From: Clostridia bacterium
Lineage (GTDB): Bacteria > Bacillota > Clostridia > Christensenellales > UBA1242
Direction: 5' to 3'
Length of the DNA: 60,302 nucleotides
NCBI GenBank assembly: GCA_017650795.1
Contig: JAGCEE010000275.1
Span: forward strand, 1-60,302
How positions within the stretch are numbered: position 1 is the stretch's first letter; every line of letters starts with the position of its first letter. A model generated the notes under the pieces. That model worked only from the letters and a program-made list of their open reading frames with translations. It was not told the DNA's origin and did not search any database. The translations under genes and the position numbers were made by a program. This document shows, in pieces, positions 18,001-27,619 of the stretch.

Positions 18001-21000
18001 TATTATCTCTTCTTTTTCGCCATCACTAGAATTGGTTAGTCTTGTATAATGTACGGCATCTTTTTGTGTTGCCGATTCAGATAAAACATCTGTTAAATAA
18101 ATAGTATAAACCGTTCTATTTCCGGCATAATCTTCTTCCACTATTTCAATATATTTGTTTATATAATTTCTAAACTCAGTTATGTAATCAGATTTTTCTG
18201 GATTTGTAAACATTTCGGCAGTCATATTCCCTGAGATGTTGGCCTTAGAAATATCCGTTTCTACATCAAATCCTGCAACATATTTTGTATTAACTCCTGC
18301 CCTGTTAAACACCCTATAATATGATTTATAGTAATCAGTATTTTCGTCTGATGGCAATTTTATTAGGTCGTAGAAATTAGATATATCCACTATGTAAGCA
18401 TAGTATTTTAATAATCCACTACTCTTAGATGTATTGTACTTATTGTACTCGCCACTTATATATTCTCTTAAATCGCTTGCCCCCAAGCCTGTTGTTTGAA
18501 TTAGTGATTGAATATTATTTACCGGCGCCTCAAGGTCTACCATCAATGTGACCGTTTTTGCAAAATACTCTGGGTCGGCATAATCTTTGGCTTCACCTTT
18601 AAATTGCAATGTTAGTTTAATTTCGGTGCCATCAACAAAGCCACCAATTTCCTGCAAGTTTAAATCCAAATAATACTTGTTATTGCCAGCAGAAACAACA
18701 TTATACACACTAGTATCAACCCTGTAAGTAAAGCCATTTATTGTATATTTTATTTCGTTTGTATTTATTGTAGATAAAAACTTATTTGCCGAATCTTCCC
18801 AAGTTATTCTAACCACTTCTTTATTTGTGTAATATATCTGACTTTTTTCATATATTGCACTATTATCTTGATTTAACAAACTAAACTCTGGTTTTTCTGC
18901 AACAATTTCAAAATAATATGTAAACTTGTCGCCCGCATCATCTTTAATTTCTACGCGATATTTACCAACTTTATTAAATGCTTGAAGTGTACCAGTATTG
19001 TTTGCATTTATAAATCCATTAACTGTTTTGTTGTTTGCATTATAAATATATGTTTCTGTGTAGTTTTCAGATTTTGTTGGATAATAATATACAACTGCTC
19101 TAAGCTTGTAATAATTATAGTATCTTGAATCGTCGCCATTTCCATAATAGCGAATTATAGAGTTTTCATTTGTAGACTTAACTGCTCCGGAATCGTCTTC
19201 GCCAAGATAAGCATATTTATATTGTGGAATATAAACAGTCACAGGCAAAAAGTTTGTTGTTAAAACAGGAGTGCCCTCACTTAGTTTTGATGCATAATAA
19301 ATGTCATAGTATTGAAGGCTGTCATAAAACTCGTTTATTCCACCCGTCACTCCCAATGCAATCGAGCCACCAGTGTAATAAACCGAATTACCATATTCAT
19401 CAGAATCTGGTTCGCTTATAATTCCATTTCTATCTACAATAAAAACAAGTTTTCTTACTTTTGGGTCATTATCGATTCCATCAGAAGCATATGTTCTTAT
19501 AATTTCATATTTGCCCGAAGCCGTCCTTGTTTTATTTTGGTCGTATTGTTCTAGGTTTACACTATACTTGTATGTATTGCTTTCCCCTGCCACAACAATT
19601 CCTTTATTGTCAGAACCACTTTCGTATACTCTAATTGTAGCACTTGGCTCTAAGTTAAACGCATATGTTTTATTGGTGGCATTTTTAACAAAAGGATAAT
19701 AGTTTAAGACTATACTGTTTACAGATAATGTGCTTGAAGGATCCGTACAGTAGTTTAAATATAGGGTTTCAACATTTCCCATTGTGTATGGGGTGCTTGG
19801 TTGGTAATAGTTTACTTTTTCGCTATTAGATGAAATAACTTCTCTTTGGCTGAGCATTTTTTGTTTTCCGTCTAACTCGTAGTATAATTTCATTTTTGAG
19901 TTGTCGGTAGAAAAAGTAATTGAGTGTTGTGCCGTGCAGTTTTCCATGTAATAGTATAAGCTATCGGTTTGATATGGCGATGCAGCATTGGTTGAGGCAC
20001 AAATAGTATAAAAATCGTATTGAGATTCGTTATACTTTATATCCGCTCCCTGTCCACTAGTCGCCGAATTTTCGTATTTATAATCACCACTAAGTACTAT
20101 TCTGTTTGTTTCTGACGAGTCTTTAACCATATAAACTATATTGCTTACGCCAACTTTTAGATATATTTGTCCCTTATAATTAACCGAGTTGTTGCTATCA
20201 AAATACTCATTAAATAGCCACTCGTCCCAAGTGCTACCGCTGTAATCAATCTTAATAAGTTTGTCTTTTCCGAACAAGAGCGTTCTATCAATAGATGTAA
20301 ACTCACTTTCCGTTGCAATTTTATAATCGGTTTCGTCATTATAATTTGATGTGGTTATTATTGAGTTTGGAGTATCATCCAAAAACACTGAAAAATATCT
20401 ACCATCTCTACCCGTTTCATCGTATAAATAGAAAATATATAAACCGCCACCGGCGATAATTTCTGCGCCAGACAACAAATCTAAATCATAGGTGTTTGTG
20501 TATTCCGAAATTGGAAGATTCCCACCATTGTAAGAAATAATGTATGTAGAAGGTATAGCATATTTAGTAAATTCGGAATTGTACATCGTGTAAAGCACAT
20601 CCGAAGATAATCCCACTTCATTGCTTGTAGAATATTTTGTTGGAAAATATTTATAATCCAAGTGAGATTTTACGCCACTTTCTTTTTCTTTCCAAGAAAT
20701 TGCAAAAAGTGAATTAGTTAAAGCCGAATCAGTAGAAAGCACACCACTTTTAACATAAGAATAACCCGTTGCACTACTTAAAGTATGAATATGTAAATCT
20801 TCTATGTCGGTATCATCAATGGTAAAATATGTTGTAAATCCTTTTTTGTTTTCATTGCCATAACTAAGTTGTAGTTTATACCTTGCATTTTGATTTAAAA
20901 CAACTGTTTCGTCGTCTGGTATGATTACTCCCCTATCATAACTGCCATTAAATGCAACATCTTTATAAATGGTTAATATAGACGAAGAATCAAATATCCC

Positions 21001-22560
21001 AAGTGATGACTTAGAAATAGATATATTTTTGTAAGTATATGTGTCGGCATCTACTCTGCCATCTTCAACCAGCCCTGTTTCTGGATTTATTGTTTTTATT
21101 TCAATTTCAGGAGCATCATTTGTAATCCTAAACAAGAAATATTGAGTTTTAGTGTCATCTGGATTTGTGCTGTATTCGTTGTATGTATAAGTGAGGGAAA
21201 TAAAGTATAACCCAGCCTTGCTAAGTGGGGTTCCGGTGTATTTTTCTACCTTATACGCACTTTCTGTTTTGTCGGTAATTGTTGGCAACCCGCTTGATTC
21301 TTTAAAAGTGTTTAAGTTGTTAAAATAGCAATAATAAGAATCGTCTTGAATAATACTTGCATTTGAGATAAAATAAACAGGCGCTTGATTGGTTTTTGCT
21401 ATATGCTCTGGATTTATAATTGTGGAATTAAAAATCTTACTTATATCACCACCTATTATGCTTGTAATATCGGCAGTGTATTCTGTTCCATCTATTTCAT
21501 ATGCCTTGGTTTGATTTGTATACTTGAACTCTTTTAAGCCATTAGAATCAGTATACATTAGTTGATAACCAAACACGTAAGCAGTTTGATTTGTTTGCAT
21601 AGCAACAATTTCGTTTGTTCCATCAGAATAATACTTTGTTAATGCCTCGTAATTAGAAAATGGGCAAATTGGTGTGTACGAAATGTAATACTTACCTAAT
21701 TCTCTAAATGTGATGTATGCCTTATTTCCCGCCTCATCATCAACCACATTTATGTCCACAACATTATTTTGAGTGCTGGCTCCAAGCTCATCTAATGAAC
21801 TAATTGTTAGGCCTTTTGATGTGTATGACAAACTTGTAGATTCTGTTAGTCCTTGACTAATTCTTGAAATGTTTACATTGTAAAATCTATAGTTGTAAGA
21901 CAAGTACATCAAATTAGCATTGTCGTCATTCTTAGAATAGTTAGAAAAGAACCTTGCGCCATTCTCGGATTTTAATGTATTGTTAAACCTAATTTCAGAT
22001 TTGTTGTAATCGGAATTTCTTAAAACATAGATTGATCTTGAATAATCAAAATGTGTTAAACTATCGTCCACATTTTCATAATTAAAAGAAAAATCAAAAG
22101 TGTACTTTCCGTATGCAAACTCATTTTCATCAACCAAGGCAGGATTTATTCTTAAAGTAAAAAACACACCTTCGTTTTCAGACACTTGCATTCCGTGGTT
22201 AATAAGTTGTGCCGTGGCACTATTACCTGTTAAATCATAAGTATCACCATTTACTTTAATTCGTACAACAAGGTTAGACAATCTGTTAACGTGAGAACCA
22301 AACCCAAGCGAAACAGTCACAGCATTAGCCCCTCTGTTTACAAAATATACAGCATTGTTATTTTCGTAAGGGTTTTTTGTTAATTCGTGGTCATCAGCAT
22401 ATTCATTGCCCACATAAGAAGTTAAATAAGCATCAAAAAAATCATCTGGGCTAATAGCAACATCTGCCCTTGAATTTTTGGCATCAAATAATATGCTTGT
22501 GGTTATAAGCATCAAAAAAGTGACTAAAGCAAATGATAGTATTTTGTTAAAAATTTTCAT
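15007..22560 (-). CDS. Giant (~2517 aa) secreted, C-terminally TM-anchored surface protein of unknown function
   Basis: Uninterrupted ORF. Probable start at the ATG at 22560 (MKIFNKILSFALVTFLMLITTSILF, AAAGGTG upstream). The track's start at 22569 is GTG. Signal-peptide-like N-terminus, Asn/Tyr/Thr/Ser-rich beta-type composition, C-terminal TM segment (IIIIVVSALLAVSGSIVFVL) plus an RRRMKIR tail. No LPXTG motif seen. Confidence 0.8.
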   Translation of the reverse strand: MKIFNKILSFALVTFLMLITTSILFDAKNSRADVAISPDDFFDAYLTSYVGNEYADDHELTKNPYENNNAVYFVNRGANAVTVSLGFGSHVNRLSNLVVRIKVNGDTYDLTGNSATAQLINHGMQVSENEGVFFTLRINPALVDENEFAYGKYTFDFSFNYENVDDSLTHFDYSRSIYVLRNSDYNKSEIRFNNTLKSENGARFFSNYSKNDDNANLMYLSYNYRFYNVNISRISQGLTESTSLSYTSKGLTISSLDELGASTQNNVVDINVVDDEAGNKAYITFRELGKYYISYTPICPFSNYEALTKYYSDGTNEIVAMQTNQTAYVFGYQLMYTDSNGLKEFKYTNQTKAYEIDGTEYTADITSIIGGDISKIFNSTIINPEHIAKTNQAPVYFISNASIIQDDSYYCYFNNLNTFKESSGLPTITDKTESAYKVEKYTGTPLSKAGLYFISLTYTYNEYSTNPDDTKTQYFLFRITNDAPEIEIKTINPETGLVEDGRVDADTYTYKNISISKSSLGIFDSSSILTIYKDVAFNGSYDRGVIIPDDETVVLNQNARYKLQLSYGNENKKGFTTYFTIDDTDIEDLHIHTLSSATGYSYVKSGVLSTDSALTNSLFAISWKEKESGVKSHLDYKYFPTKYSTSNEVGLSSDVLYTMYNSEFTKYAIPSTYIISYNGGNLPISEYTNTYDLDLLSGAEIIAGGGLYIFYLYDETGRDGRYFSVFLDDTPNSIITTSNYNDETDYKIATESEFTSIDRTLLFGKDKLIKIDYSGSTWDEWLFNEYFDSNNSVNYKGQIYLKVGVSNIVYMVKDSSETNRIVLSGDYKYENSATSGQGADIKYNESQYDFYTICASTNAASPYQTDSLYYYMENCTAQHSITFSTDNSKMKLYYELDGKQKMLSQREVISSNSEKVNYYQPSTPYTMGNVETLYLNYCTDPSSTLSVNSIVLNYYPFVKNATNKTYAFNLEPSATIRVYESGSDNKGIVVAGESNTYKYSVNLEQYDQNKTRTASGKYEIIRTYASDGIDNDPKVRKLVFIVDRNGIISEPDSDEYGNSVYYTGGSIALGVTGGINEFYDSLQYYDIYYASKLSEGTPVLTTNFLPVTVYIPQYKYAYLGEDDSGAVKSTNENSIIRYYGNGDDSRYYNYYKLRAVVYYYPTKSENYTETYIYNANNKTVNGFINANNTGTLQAFNKVGKYRVEIKDDAGDKFTYYFEIVAEKPEFSLLNQDNSAIYEKSQIYYTNKEVVRITWEDSANKFLSTINTNEIKYTINGFTYRVDTSVYNVVSAGNNKYYLDLNLQEIGGFVDGTEIKLTLQFKGEAKDYADPEYFAKTVTLMVDLEAPVNNIQSLIQTTGLGASDLREYISGEYNKYNTSKSSGLLKYYAYIVDISNFYDLIKLPSDENTDYYKSYYRVFNRAGVNTKYVAGFDVETDISKANISGNMTAEMFTNPEKSDYITEFRNYINKYIEIVEEDYAGNRTVYTIYLTDVLSESATQKDAVHYTRLTNSSDGEKEEIITNGDIASSNGTISLYSKNSFKLKSIQLFSQELGDLSWSVIKVNGKVYVKSPYTYGMYYSYSSSQDTTAYSLEEISLLQSNNNTQQLYIYSVPKISQLCLDVHVLNQNLSIYKISQIEEGLQEGILIRIPANIEASNNLYAKSLQILTNINGNNDELINISGLDAEFLTKEMEISQDILGLDITYKNVGSYKYVRIQITKKINVNDYFIYNIVDNFDDKYTVINIYGQTIIKEPITSDGYVVSGFDDYGAIYYSSEDIAYKYDTTIYKTATLNIVENIDGSVATRKYNIIKQNDSYYVQSVDEEGEVKTITADKYIDDMIISFSYNILTIKMVHIKYNFNEDKKVLGGSKLFELIINPKEDFNIESEKIRFEIFNEIPSGLNIIGKQTSSDALQILVGDKAYPDSVIINYIKSILKFDYDIIIQMPNQSFVTIRENLILDEDGTYTLTINYLGAMLGCSLSFTFRIANTENFKYSVAKLTSNGTFEEVEATGSAFTFVKDGGEHQIINHYIVNDEYKIMVNSNLDLEVSEYEIQPDSKYFTTIYVITNKNSTTNAPKSYDKVAITKLNKTDDLLKRLLVYGGNIDQQNNDLIRQNLSTTTAYVTTIDEYETGIKVAWSKYSEIKENTIGVEVYYGDLEGSPLNATISDVNGLNSITLKTSGTYYLRFVDKAGNTHLFGNNSSYRDSEFVTLRYLSSVIYEINGDIPINYSIFNNEVNIKVPQNTISYYAIDGKPRINVELNGEECTDYTKNGTYDYTFTKPGLYKVWFTAKIGENSIYEAPIYFTILSSSESRISYTHTGYGTYYIEDILLNNVSVKDDLTNINSGEMYGDYLKNIYIHANDIKTGIGYWTFVINTDNEFNQKFTYTVWINRPNIPIEVSVGNGQTTTSNITVSFNTSNLINNAGDCVLKITGYMTLEITKEKLDAGELKDVYNITIDGTGKYYIEVATTSGQLLYSYYVEKAEPLNTISIIIIVVSALLAVSGSIVFVLMRRRMKIR

Positions 22561-22866
22561 AAAATACACCTTTAATTATCTAATAGTATTCATGTTAATT
22601 GTAGCACAAAAAAAATCCTTTTACAAATGTATTATTTATATTTTATAAATAATTATTATATAAACGGCATACTTTTATGATTGTGATTGCCAATAATTTA
22701 TTGTTTATTTTGTAAAAAGATAATAAATAAAAATAATTAAAATTGTGATAAAAATAATCAAAAATAAAAAATTTTAATTAAAAACAACATTATTTGCCCT
22801 GTTTTTTATTAAAATTATATGAGTTTTTTATTTTTTGTTAAGAACAATCTTAAATGCCACAAGCAT

Positions 22867-22900
22867 AAAAAATGCTAAAAGTTTATTTTTAGCATTTTTT
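22867..22900. terminator. Bidirectional intrinsic terminator between the T4CP gene and the giant gene
   Basis: AAAAAATGCTAAAA-GTTTA-TTTTTAGCATTTTTT is a long palindromic hairpin with flanking A/T runs, immediately after the stop at 22906. Confidence 0.75.
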
Positions 22901-22905
22901 AATTA

Positions 22906-24894
22906 TTAAAAGTCAAAATCAAATGGATTTGCTGAGGTTTTTAATACTTTTCTATTTCTTTCGGCAACGTCATATCTTATGGCATTTTCATCAAAGAATT
23001 TTGCAGGAACATATGCATCTTCGGCTTTTTCTTTGCTAAATACCGGCACTTTAAACCATTGTGTCATTTTTGTTTTTATTGCTGGTTTGCCATATATTTT
23101 AACTATGTTTACATCGTAAGGAAGCTGTCCTAATTCATATGGCTCAATAAGTGGCCTTGTGACATTTTGCGTGTTTGTTGTTCTGTTTGCATCGCTATCT
23201 TTTTTATCCGAACGACTAACCGATGTATTGTTGATTTTAAGGGTGACATCACCACACATTTTGGAGAATTCTTCTCTTGTTTTTTGGTCTTCTGTTCCAA
23301 TAAATATTTGAATATTGCAGTTGCCCTTTATTGTATCTGCAACTTCTTTGGTGTATTTGTTATCAAGCTGGCTATAAGATTGAATTGCAACTTCAAAGAA
23401 AATTCTTCTCGACCTTGCAACCGTTATCATACTATCAAATTTTGGTATTTTAGGAAGGTTCGCAAACTCATCCAAAATAAAGTATACCGGTTTTTTAAGT
23501 TTTAAACCTGGCGAGTTGGATGCAATTTCTATTAGTTTTTTGTAAATTTGAGAAATACACATTGTTGCAATACAGTGTCTGCTTTCTTTCTCATCTGGAA
23601 CTTTAATAAACAGAACTGTTGGTTGGTCTATAAAGTCGTCAAAAGATATGTCTGTTGCACTTGTTGCGTAGCATACGCCCATGTCTTGGAATATTGCAAT
23701 TTTTGGTTGCATAACACCAAGGAACGATCTGGTTGTGTTTGGCGCATTGTTTACAACTGTGGTTGCAAGTGCTTTAACCTTAGAAAGCACATCTCTACCT
23801 TCGATATATTTTTTTAGTGTTCCCATCATGTTGTCTGGGTCGCTATCTCTTGTTGTACAAATTTTTGAAACATTATAAAAATTAAACTTTTCTCTTGTCA
23901 TTCCAAGTTCTGGATTTTGCGAGTCCTCCAACATGGCAAGCATCATACTATAAACAAAATCTTGTGCACCTTGTTCCCAAGAGGTATCCGTCTTGCTTTC
24001 TATTGGCAGGATTGTTGCTGCTATTTCTCTTAATTCGTTTTCGGCTTCATTTATAAGCGTTTGAGATTTTGATGCCAATTCTGTTTCTAGTGTTGTCCTG
24101 TCTGGGTAAGCAATTTTATTAAATCCATACCATTCCTCGCCATAACTATCACATATTTTTTTATATCCTAATTCGGTTGGATTTGCATTCTTATAAACCT
24201 TTACTTCTTTGTGCAAATTATGTGCTTTATTATATTGCATAAATGCATTGTCCATTGGATTCCATCTAGAAGATGAGTATGGATTACGTAAGTCTAAAAC
24301 TATAATTCTATAACCTTCTTTTCTTAATTGAACCGAGTGGTTGTTGTATAGTTCGCCCTTTGGGTCGGTAATAACCATACATGGTTTTTCGGCACTATGT
24401 GCATAGCACCTTATTGCTGGCTCCAAAACGAATGTGGTTTTACCAGAACCGGTAGTACCAATAATAAGTGCGTGCATTTCTGGATACATATTTACTCTTA
24501 ATTGTCCGCCGGTGTAAAGTGTAGAAATGAGAGTACCCGTCTTTTTTAGTTTTGGAAGATTTTTAAATGTTGTTGGCATAAATGTTGGATTGGTTGCAAG
24601 TTCATTTTCTGTAATAAATCTTGCATTGTAGTGCTGTTCCATCTTATCGCCACCCTGTGTGGTTCCTTCAAAATCTTGCGATTCTTTAAAGTAAGTTTTT
24701 CCACCCAAAAATGTCATTAAGGCAATTAAAATACCTGCACATAAACCAATAATAGCATATGTTGATGTAAAATTATCAGTAAATGACAATCCATCACTTT
24801 TTTTGGTTACAAATGTCACCACAACGCCCGCAACATAACAAACAGCAATCCAGATTAGTGCGCCTTTTATTTTTCCTTTATAGTCTTTATTCAT
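22906..24894 (-). CDS. VirD4/TraG/TraD-family type IV coupling protein (T4CP)-like ATPase
   Basis: 662 aa. Two N-terminal TM helices, Walker A IIGTTGSGKTT, Walker B-like VYFILDEFANLPKIP, then SRRIFFEVAIQSYSQLDNKY, the typical T4CP arrangement. AGGGGA RBS. Confidence 0.8.
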   Translation of the reverse strand: MNKDYKGKIKGALIWIAVCYVAGVVVTFVTKKSDGLSFTDNFTSTYAIIGLCAGILIALMTFLGGKTYFKESQDFEGTTQGGDKMEQHYNARFITENELATNPTFMPTTFKNLPKLKKTGTLISTLYTGGQLRVNMYPEMHALIIGTTGSGKTTFVLEPAIRCYAHSAEKPCMVITDPKGELYNNHSVQLRKEGYRIIVLDLRNPYSSSRWNPMDNAFMQYNKAHNLHKEVKVYKNANPTELGYKKICDSYGEEWYGFNKIAYPDRTTLETELASKSQTLINEAENELREIAATILPIESKTDTSWEQGAQDFVYSMMLAMLEDSQNPELGMTREKFNFYNVSKICTTRDSDPDNMMGTLKKYIEGRDVLSKVKALATTVVNNAPNTTRSFLGVMQPKIAIFQDMGVCYATSATDISFDDFIDQPTVLFIKVPDEKESRHCIATMCISQIYKKLIEIASNSPGLKLKKPVYFILDEFANLPKIPKFDSMITVARSRRIFFEVAIQSYSQLDNKYTKEVADTIKGNCNIQIFIGTEDQKTREEFSKMCGDVTLKINNTSVSRSDKKDSDANRTTNTQNVTRPLIEPYELGQLPYDVNIVKIYGKPAIKTKMTQWFKVPVFSKEKAEDAYVPAKFFDENAIRYDVAERNRKVLKTSANPFDFDF

Positions 24895-25039
24895 TTAATT
24901 CCCCTTACACAACTTAAAATATATTTCACATTAAATAATATATCATTAAAAAAATCATGTCAAACAATTTGTATGGTCTTTAAATCTGATGATATATAAA
25001 AATACGTCTATTGTGCCGTTTAAAATTTTTTGTAATCTG

Positions 25040-25068
25040 TTGATTTAACAACTATTTTTTGTTATACT
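25040..25068 (+). promoter_or_regulatory. Sigma-A-type promoter for leuS
   Basis: TTGATT (25040-25045), a 17-nt spacer ending in TGT (extended -10), then TATACT (25063-25068). Confidence 0.5.
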
Positions 25069-25125
25069 TGCTTATCATAAAATGAAAAATTATTATTTTT
25101 TTTAAATATTTTGGAGGCATGTTTT

Positions 25126-27534
25126 ATGTATAATTTTAAAGAAATAGAAGAAAAATGGCAAAAAAAGTGGGAAAATGACCCAAGACTACAAGCGGTGGAT
25201 TTTCACCCAACCAAGCCAAAATACTATGTACTTTACGAATTTTTTAATGTTAGTGGAAATTTGCATATGGGCCATTTAAAAGGCACCATCCCTGCCGATG
25301 CTCTTGCAAGGTTTAAAAGATTTCAGGGCTACAACGTTTTATTCCCTATTGGTGGAGATGCATTTGGACTTCCTGCGGAAAATGCAGCAATCAAGCATGG
25401 CACCGACCCTCACGAATTTGTAGAAAAAGGATTTAAAAATATTACAGACCAATCTAAAAAATTAGGGCTTTCGTTTGATTGGTCAAGAACTTTTTGTACA
25501 AGTGATGAAGATTATTATAAATGGACACAGTGGATTTTCTTACAATTATTCAACCACGGAAAAGCATACAAACAAAACGGTACAGTTAATTTTTGTACAC
25601 ATTGCCAAACAGTGCTTTCAAACGAAGATAGTCAGGGCGGAAAATGCGATAGATGTGGCAACGATGTAATCCAAGTAAACCGTAGTGTTTGGTTTTTAAA
25701 AATGAAAGAATATGCCGAAAAACTTCTCGAAAATGTTGACCGAATAAATATGGCAGAAAACCTAAAAGAAATTCAGCGAAATTGGATTGGAAAAAGTGAA
25801 GGCGTACAATTAAAACTAGATTTGGTTGATGAAAATGGAAATAAATTAGATAATGTAGAAATATACACAACTTGTATTGAGACCGTTTATGGAATAACAT
25901 TTATTGCATTAGCACCAGAAAATAGTTTGATAGAAAAATTACAAAAAAATATAAAAAATATGCCAGAAATTCTTGAATATCAAGAAAAAACCAAATTAAA
26001 AAGCGAATTTGACCGAATTAGTCAAGTTAAAGACAAAACCGGTTGTGTGCTAGATGGCATATATGCAATCAATCCTTTAAATAATAAAAAGGTCCCTGTA
26101 TATATTGCAGACTTTGTATTAAATACCTACGGGACGGGTGCCGTAATGGCAGTTCCTTGCCACGACCAAAGAGATTATGATTTTGCAAAAAAATACAATA
26201 TTCCATTCATTCAAGTTATTAGTGGCGATTGCTCTAATAATGCCGTAGAAAAAGATGTATACTTAAATGGCGACTATACAATGCTCAACTCCGAGGAGTT
26301 CACTGGACTACCCGTTAAAGAGGCAAAGGCAAAAATAGCCGACAAGGTCGAAGCACTTGGCTACGGCAAAAGACAAGTTAATTACCGAATACAAGATTGG
26401 TCATTTAATCGTCAAAGATATTGGGGCGAACCAATACCAATAGTATTCTGCGAAAAGTGTGGCACAGTTGCAATAGACGAAAAAGACTTGCCATTACTTC
26501 TTCCAAAAACCAAAGACTACCTGCCTAATGCAAATGGCGATTCACCTCTTTCTAAAATAGATAGCTTTGTTAATTGCAAATGTCCAAAATGTGGTGGGAT
26601 GGCAAAAAGAGAAACCGACATTATGCCAAACTGGGCTGGTTCTAGTTGGTATTGGTTAAGATATATCGACCCACATAACGACAAAGCGCTTGCCGATATG
26701 GAAAAATTAAAATATTGGGGAAGCGTAGACTGCTATACTGGTGGTGTAGAACACATTTCAAGACACGTTATTTATGCATATTTTTGGCAAAACTTCTTGT
26801 ATGAGATTGGCGCAGTTCCTTCAAGAGACCCATTTGCAAGAAAAATGGGTAGTGGGCTAATACTTGATGACGAAGGCAAAAAAATGTCAAAGAGTTCAAA
26901 AAATGGTGTTTCTCCACTAGAAGTAATAGATAAATATGGTGCCGACACGGCAAGAATGCATGTTCATTTCTTGGCAGGATACGAAGATAACAGCATTTGG
27001 ACATATAAAGGCATAGACGGAATTGTAAATTTCTTAGATAAAGTATGGAATTTACAAGACATTGTAAAAGATGGCGGTGTTTCAAAAGAGCATGAAGTTG
27101 AATTAAACCAACTTATTAAAAAATCTATATACGATTATGACAATTTAAAACTTAACACCTGCATATCTGCTTGTATGATATTTGTTAAAAAGATTAAAGA
27201 AGATGGTTTTATTACAAAAGAAGAACTTAGAAAATTCTTGGTTGTTTTAAACCCACTCGCACCACATATTACAAGCGAAATGTTTGAAAGAGTATTTGGC
27301 ACCGACATACTAGATGAAAAATACCCAGAATTTGACCCAAATAAACTAGAAAAAACAGAGTTTGAACTGCCGGTTCAAGTAAATGGCAAAATGAAAGGTA
27401 CAATCACAATTTCAAAAGATATGCCACAAAATCAAATTGAAGAAATGGCTATAACAAATAAAGGCATAGAAAAAGACAAAATCAAAAAAGTAATATATAT
27501 TCCAAACAAAATTATTAACTTTATTGTTATGTAA
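25126..27534 (+). CDS. leuS: Leucyl-tRNA synthetase
   Basis: HIGH-type motif NLHMGHLKG, KMSKS motif, zinc-binding Cys clusters and a CP1 editing insertion. Start refined to the ATG at 25126 (GGAGG at 25113-25117); the track start at 25111 is TTG. Confidence 0.95.
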   Translation: MYNFKEIEEKWQKKWENDPRLQAVDFHPTKPKYYVLYEFFNVSGNLHMGHLKGTIPADALARFKRFQGYNVLFPIGGDAFGLPAENAAIKHGTDPHEFVEKGFKNITDQSKKLGLSFDWSRTFCTSDEDYYKWTQWIFLQLFNHGKAYKQNGTVNFCTHCQTVLSNEDSQGGKCDRCGNDVIQVNRSVWFLKMKEYAEKLLENVDRINMAENLKEIQRNWIGKSEGVQLKLDLVDENGNKLDNVEIYTTCIETVYGITFIALAPENSLIEKLQKNIKNMPEILEYQEKTKLKSEFDRISQVKDKTGCVLDGIYAINPLNNKKVPVYIADFVLNTYGTGAVMAVPCHDQRDYDFAKKYNIPFIQVISGDCSNNAVEKDVYLNGDYTMLNSEEFTGLPVKEAKAKIADKVEALGYGKRQVNYRIQDWSFNRQRYWGEPIPIVFCEKCGTVAIDEKDLPLLLPKTKDYLPNANGDSPLSKIDSFVNCKCPKCGGMAKRETDIMPNWAGSSWYWLRYIDPHNDKALADMEKLKYWGSVDCYTGGVEHISRHVIYAYFWQNFLYEIGAVPSRDPFARKMGSGLILDDEGKKMSKSSKNGVSPLEVIDKYGADTARMHVHFLAGYEDNSIWTYKGIDGIVNFLDKVWNLQDIVKDGGVSKEHEVELNQLIKKSIYDYDNLKLNTCISACMIFVKKIKEDGFITKEELRKFLVVLNPLAPHITSEMFERVFGTDILDEKYPEFDPNKLEKTEFELPVQVNGKMKGTITISKDMPQNQIEEMAITNKGIEKDKIKKVIYIPNKIINFIVM

Positions 27535-27549
27535 AAAAGATTTAAAAAA

Positions 27550-27575
27550 AGAAGGTTTTTAAACCTTCTTTTTTT
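27550..27575 (+). terminator. Intrinsic terminator after leuS
   Basis: AGAAGGTTT-TT-AAACCTTCT hairpin followed by a T-run. Confidence 0.8.
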
Positions 27576-27619
27576 ATTGAATCTAACAAGACACTAAACA
27601 AAGCGAGTATGTTATTTAA

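Noticed and set aside
13093-24894. Possibility that the tRNA-Glu marks the integration site of a genomic island carrying the giant gene and the T4CP.
   Set aside because: dnaA lies immediately next to the tRNA inside the putative island. No integrase and no direct repeat of the tRNA 3' end were seen in the window.
24895-25125. Possible T-box leader upstream of leuS.
   Set aside because: The leader is only about 55 nt downstream of the predicted promoter. I could not find a specifier hairpin, an AGAGA/GNUGGNA-type T-box motif or a terminator/antiterminator pair.
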